A stretch of 64,000 nt of DNA from Candidatus Thalassarchaeaceae archaeon (GTDB taxonomy: Archaea; Thermoplasmatota; Poseidoniia; Poseidoniales; Thalassarchaeaceae). The stretch's first letter is position 1. Each line of letters begins with the position of its first letter. Shown piece by piece: positions 63,098 through 64,000 of the stretch. The position numbers and the translations under genes were made by a program. The stretch covers positions 22,775-86,774 of the forward strand of contig JAQXEZ010000002.1 of assembly GCA_029250605.1 (NCBI GenBank), in the 5' to 3' direction. Below the pieces are notes generated by a model that searched no databases, was not told where the DNA came from, and saw only the letters and a program-made list of their open reading frames with translations.

Positions 63098-64000
63098 TCA
63101 CTCGAGCCTTCTATGCGGTTGTTCCTTGGCAATGTACTTCGGGCGGTATATCGGAACCCCCCTTCCGTCTCGTGCGTTCCTCTCATCCAGAATCTGCGCA
63201 CAAATTCCTGCCACTCGAGCCCATCCGAAGAACGTGGTATAGTAGTGCGGCTTTCGGAATCCAATCGCATGCAATAGGCTCCCACTGGCCAAATCTACAT
63301 TCGGGAATGGGTTCTTGATCTTTGGATGCTCCTTCAGAATCGGGGGGACTACCTCCCTCAGGGCCTTAGCGATCTTGTAGTACTCGTCATCTGGGCAGAC
63401 CTCTGAGCCAAGTTCGATCAGGAGTCTGGCTCTTGGGTCCTCGGCCCTGAGCACTCCGTGACCGAAGCCGTAAATCGGCCTCTTCGCTGCTAGCTCTGCC
63501 CTTACAAACTTCTCAATCTCATCTGGATCTGAGGTGCCTATCCTCTGTACGAACTCCAGACAAGCCTGGTTCGCCCTGCCATGGAGTGGACCGGATAGTG
63601 CGTTCATTGCACTCGCCAGAGATGCATACACCGATGCCTTTCCAGAAGCGACTGCCTTTCCAGAGAATGTGGAAAGGTTGCCGCCACCGTGATCCATATG
63701 GAGGATGAAGAAGAATCTGAGGGCCCTGTTCATCATCTCGGCTTCCTCGCCGTCTACCCCCAGCATGTGGACGAAGTTCTCGACTAGGCCCAATTCGGTG
63801 TTCCTAGGGCGTAGCTTCTCCGGATGCCCACCTCGGAGGAGGAAGATTCTGGCCATCAACTCTGGAGTCCTGGCAATGAGGTTCATCGAGTCGACCCTGA
63901 CGTCACCAGTGGTCTCGGCGGCACCCATAGCCATGATTCCGATGGAAAGCCAGTCCATCGGGTGGCCGCTGCCAGGAGTTAGGTTCTCAAGGACCCTTAA
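63098..64000 (-). CDS. gltA: citrate synthase (C-terminal part; gene runs past the window end)
   Basis: Catalytic region GFGHGVLRAEDPRA, HGGGNLSTFS, MMNRALRFFFILHMDHG. The N-terminus is missing at the window edge. Confidence 0.85.
   Translation of the reverse strand, partial: LRVLENLTPGSGHPMDWLSIGIMAMGAAETTGDVRVDSMNLIARTPELMARIFLLRGGHPEKLRPRNTELGLVENFVHMLGVDGEEAEMMNRALRFFFILHMDHGGGNLSTFSGKAVASGKASVYASLASAMNALSGPLHGRANQACLEFVQRIGTSDPDEIEKFVRAELAAKRPIYGFGHGVLRAEDPRARLLIELGSEVCPDDEYYKIAKALREVVPPILKEHPKIKNPFPNVDLASGSLLHAIGFRKPHYYTTFFGWARVAGICAQILDERNARDGRGVPIYRPKYIAKEQPHRRLE

Noticed and set aside
63040-63318. 92-aa + strand ORF overlapping the citrate synthase 3-prime region
   Set aside because: It is antisense to the highly conserved citrate synthase catalytic region, and the GDPD gene has already ended.

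Overview
Archaeal chromosomal segment, about 50% GC, densely packed with housekeeping genes: about 60 CDS and one tRNA. The gene content is a mosaic. Archaeal informational genes include r-proteins L37e, L44e, S27e, S6e and L10e, aIF2 alpha and gamma, Nop10, NMD3, Dph2, two Orc1/Cdc6-type initiators, exosome subunit Csl4 and HMG-CoA reductase. Bacterial-type functions include DNA gyrase GyrB/GyrA, RmuC, an M23 peptidase, a Ccm heme exporter, a rhomboid protease, SufCBD, Maf and ETF/acyl-CoA dehydrogenase. The window also carries very large secreted, membrane-anchored proteins: an S8 subtilase of 1656 aa and a PKD-repeat protein of about 1300 aa. This combination suggests a heterotrophic planktonic euryarchaeon, Marine Group II or Thermoplasmatota-like, but that is inference from gene content only. 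Most of the window is ordinary core genome. Six things stand out. (1) An exosome Csl4 cap subunit is fused in-frame to an RGG box, a zinc ribbon and a canonical eukaryote-like RRM domain. (2) A second, highly diverged Orc1/Cdc6-like AAA+/wHTH protein carries a roughly 250-aa acidic insertion; it is divergently adjacent to a 267-bp intergenic region containing six TTAACG(G/C) motifs and an AT-rich stretch, a candidate replication origin or operator array. (3) A rhomboid protease sits next to a giant S8 protease, and both end in cytoplasmic CPxC zinc-ribbon tails. (4) An RmuC nuclease-like gene is translationally coupled to a signal-less M23 peptidase. (5) Thymidylate kinase carries an unexplained extension of about 230 aa. 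(6) The six-frame ORF track misses a ribosomal protein S27e gene that uses a TTG start and a 46-aa Cys-rich ORF. No CRISPR array, transposase or integrase was seen.
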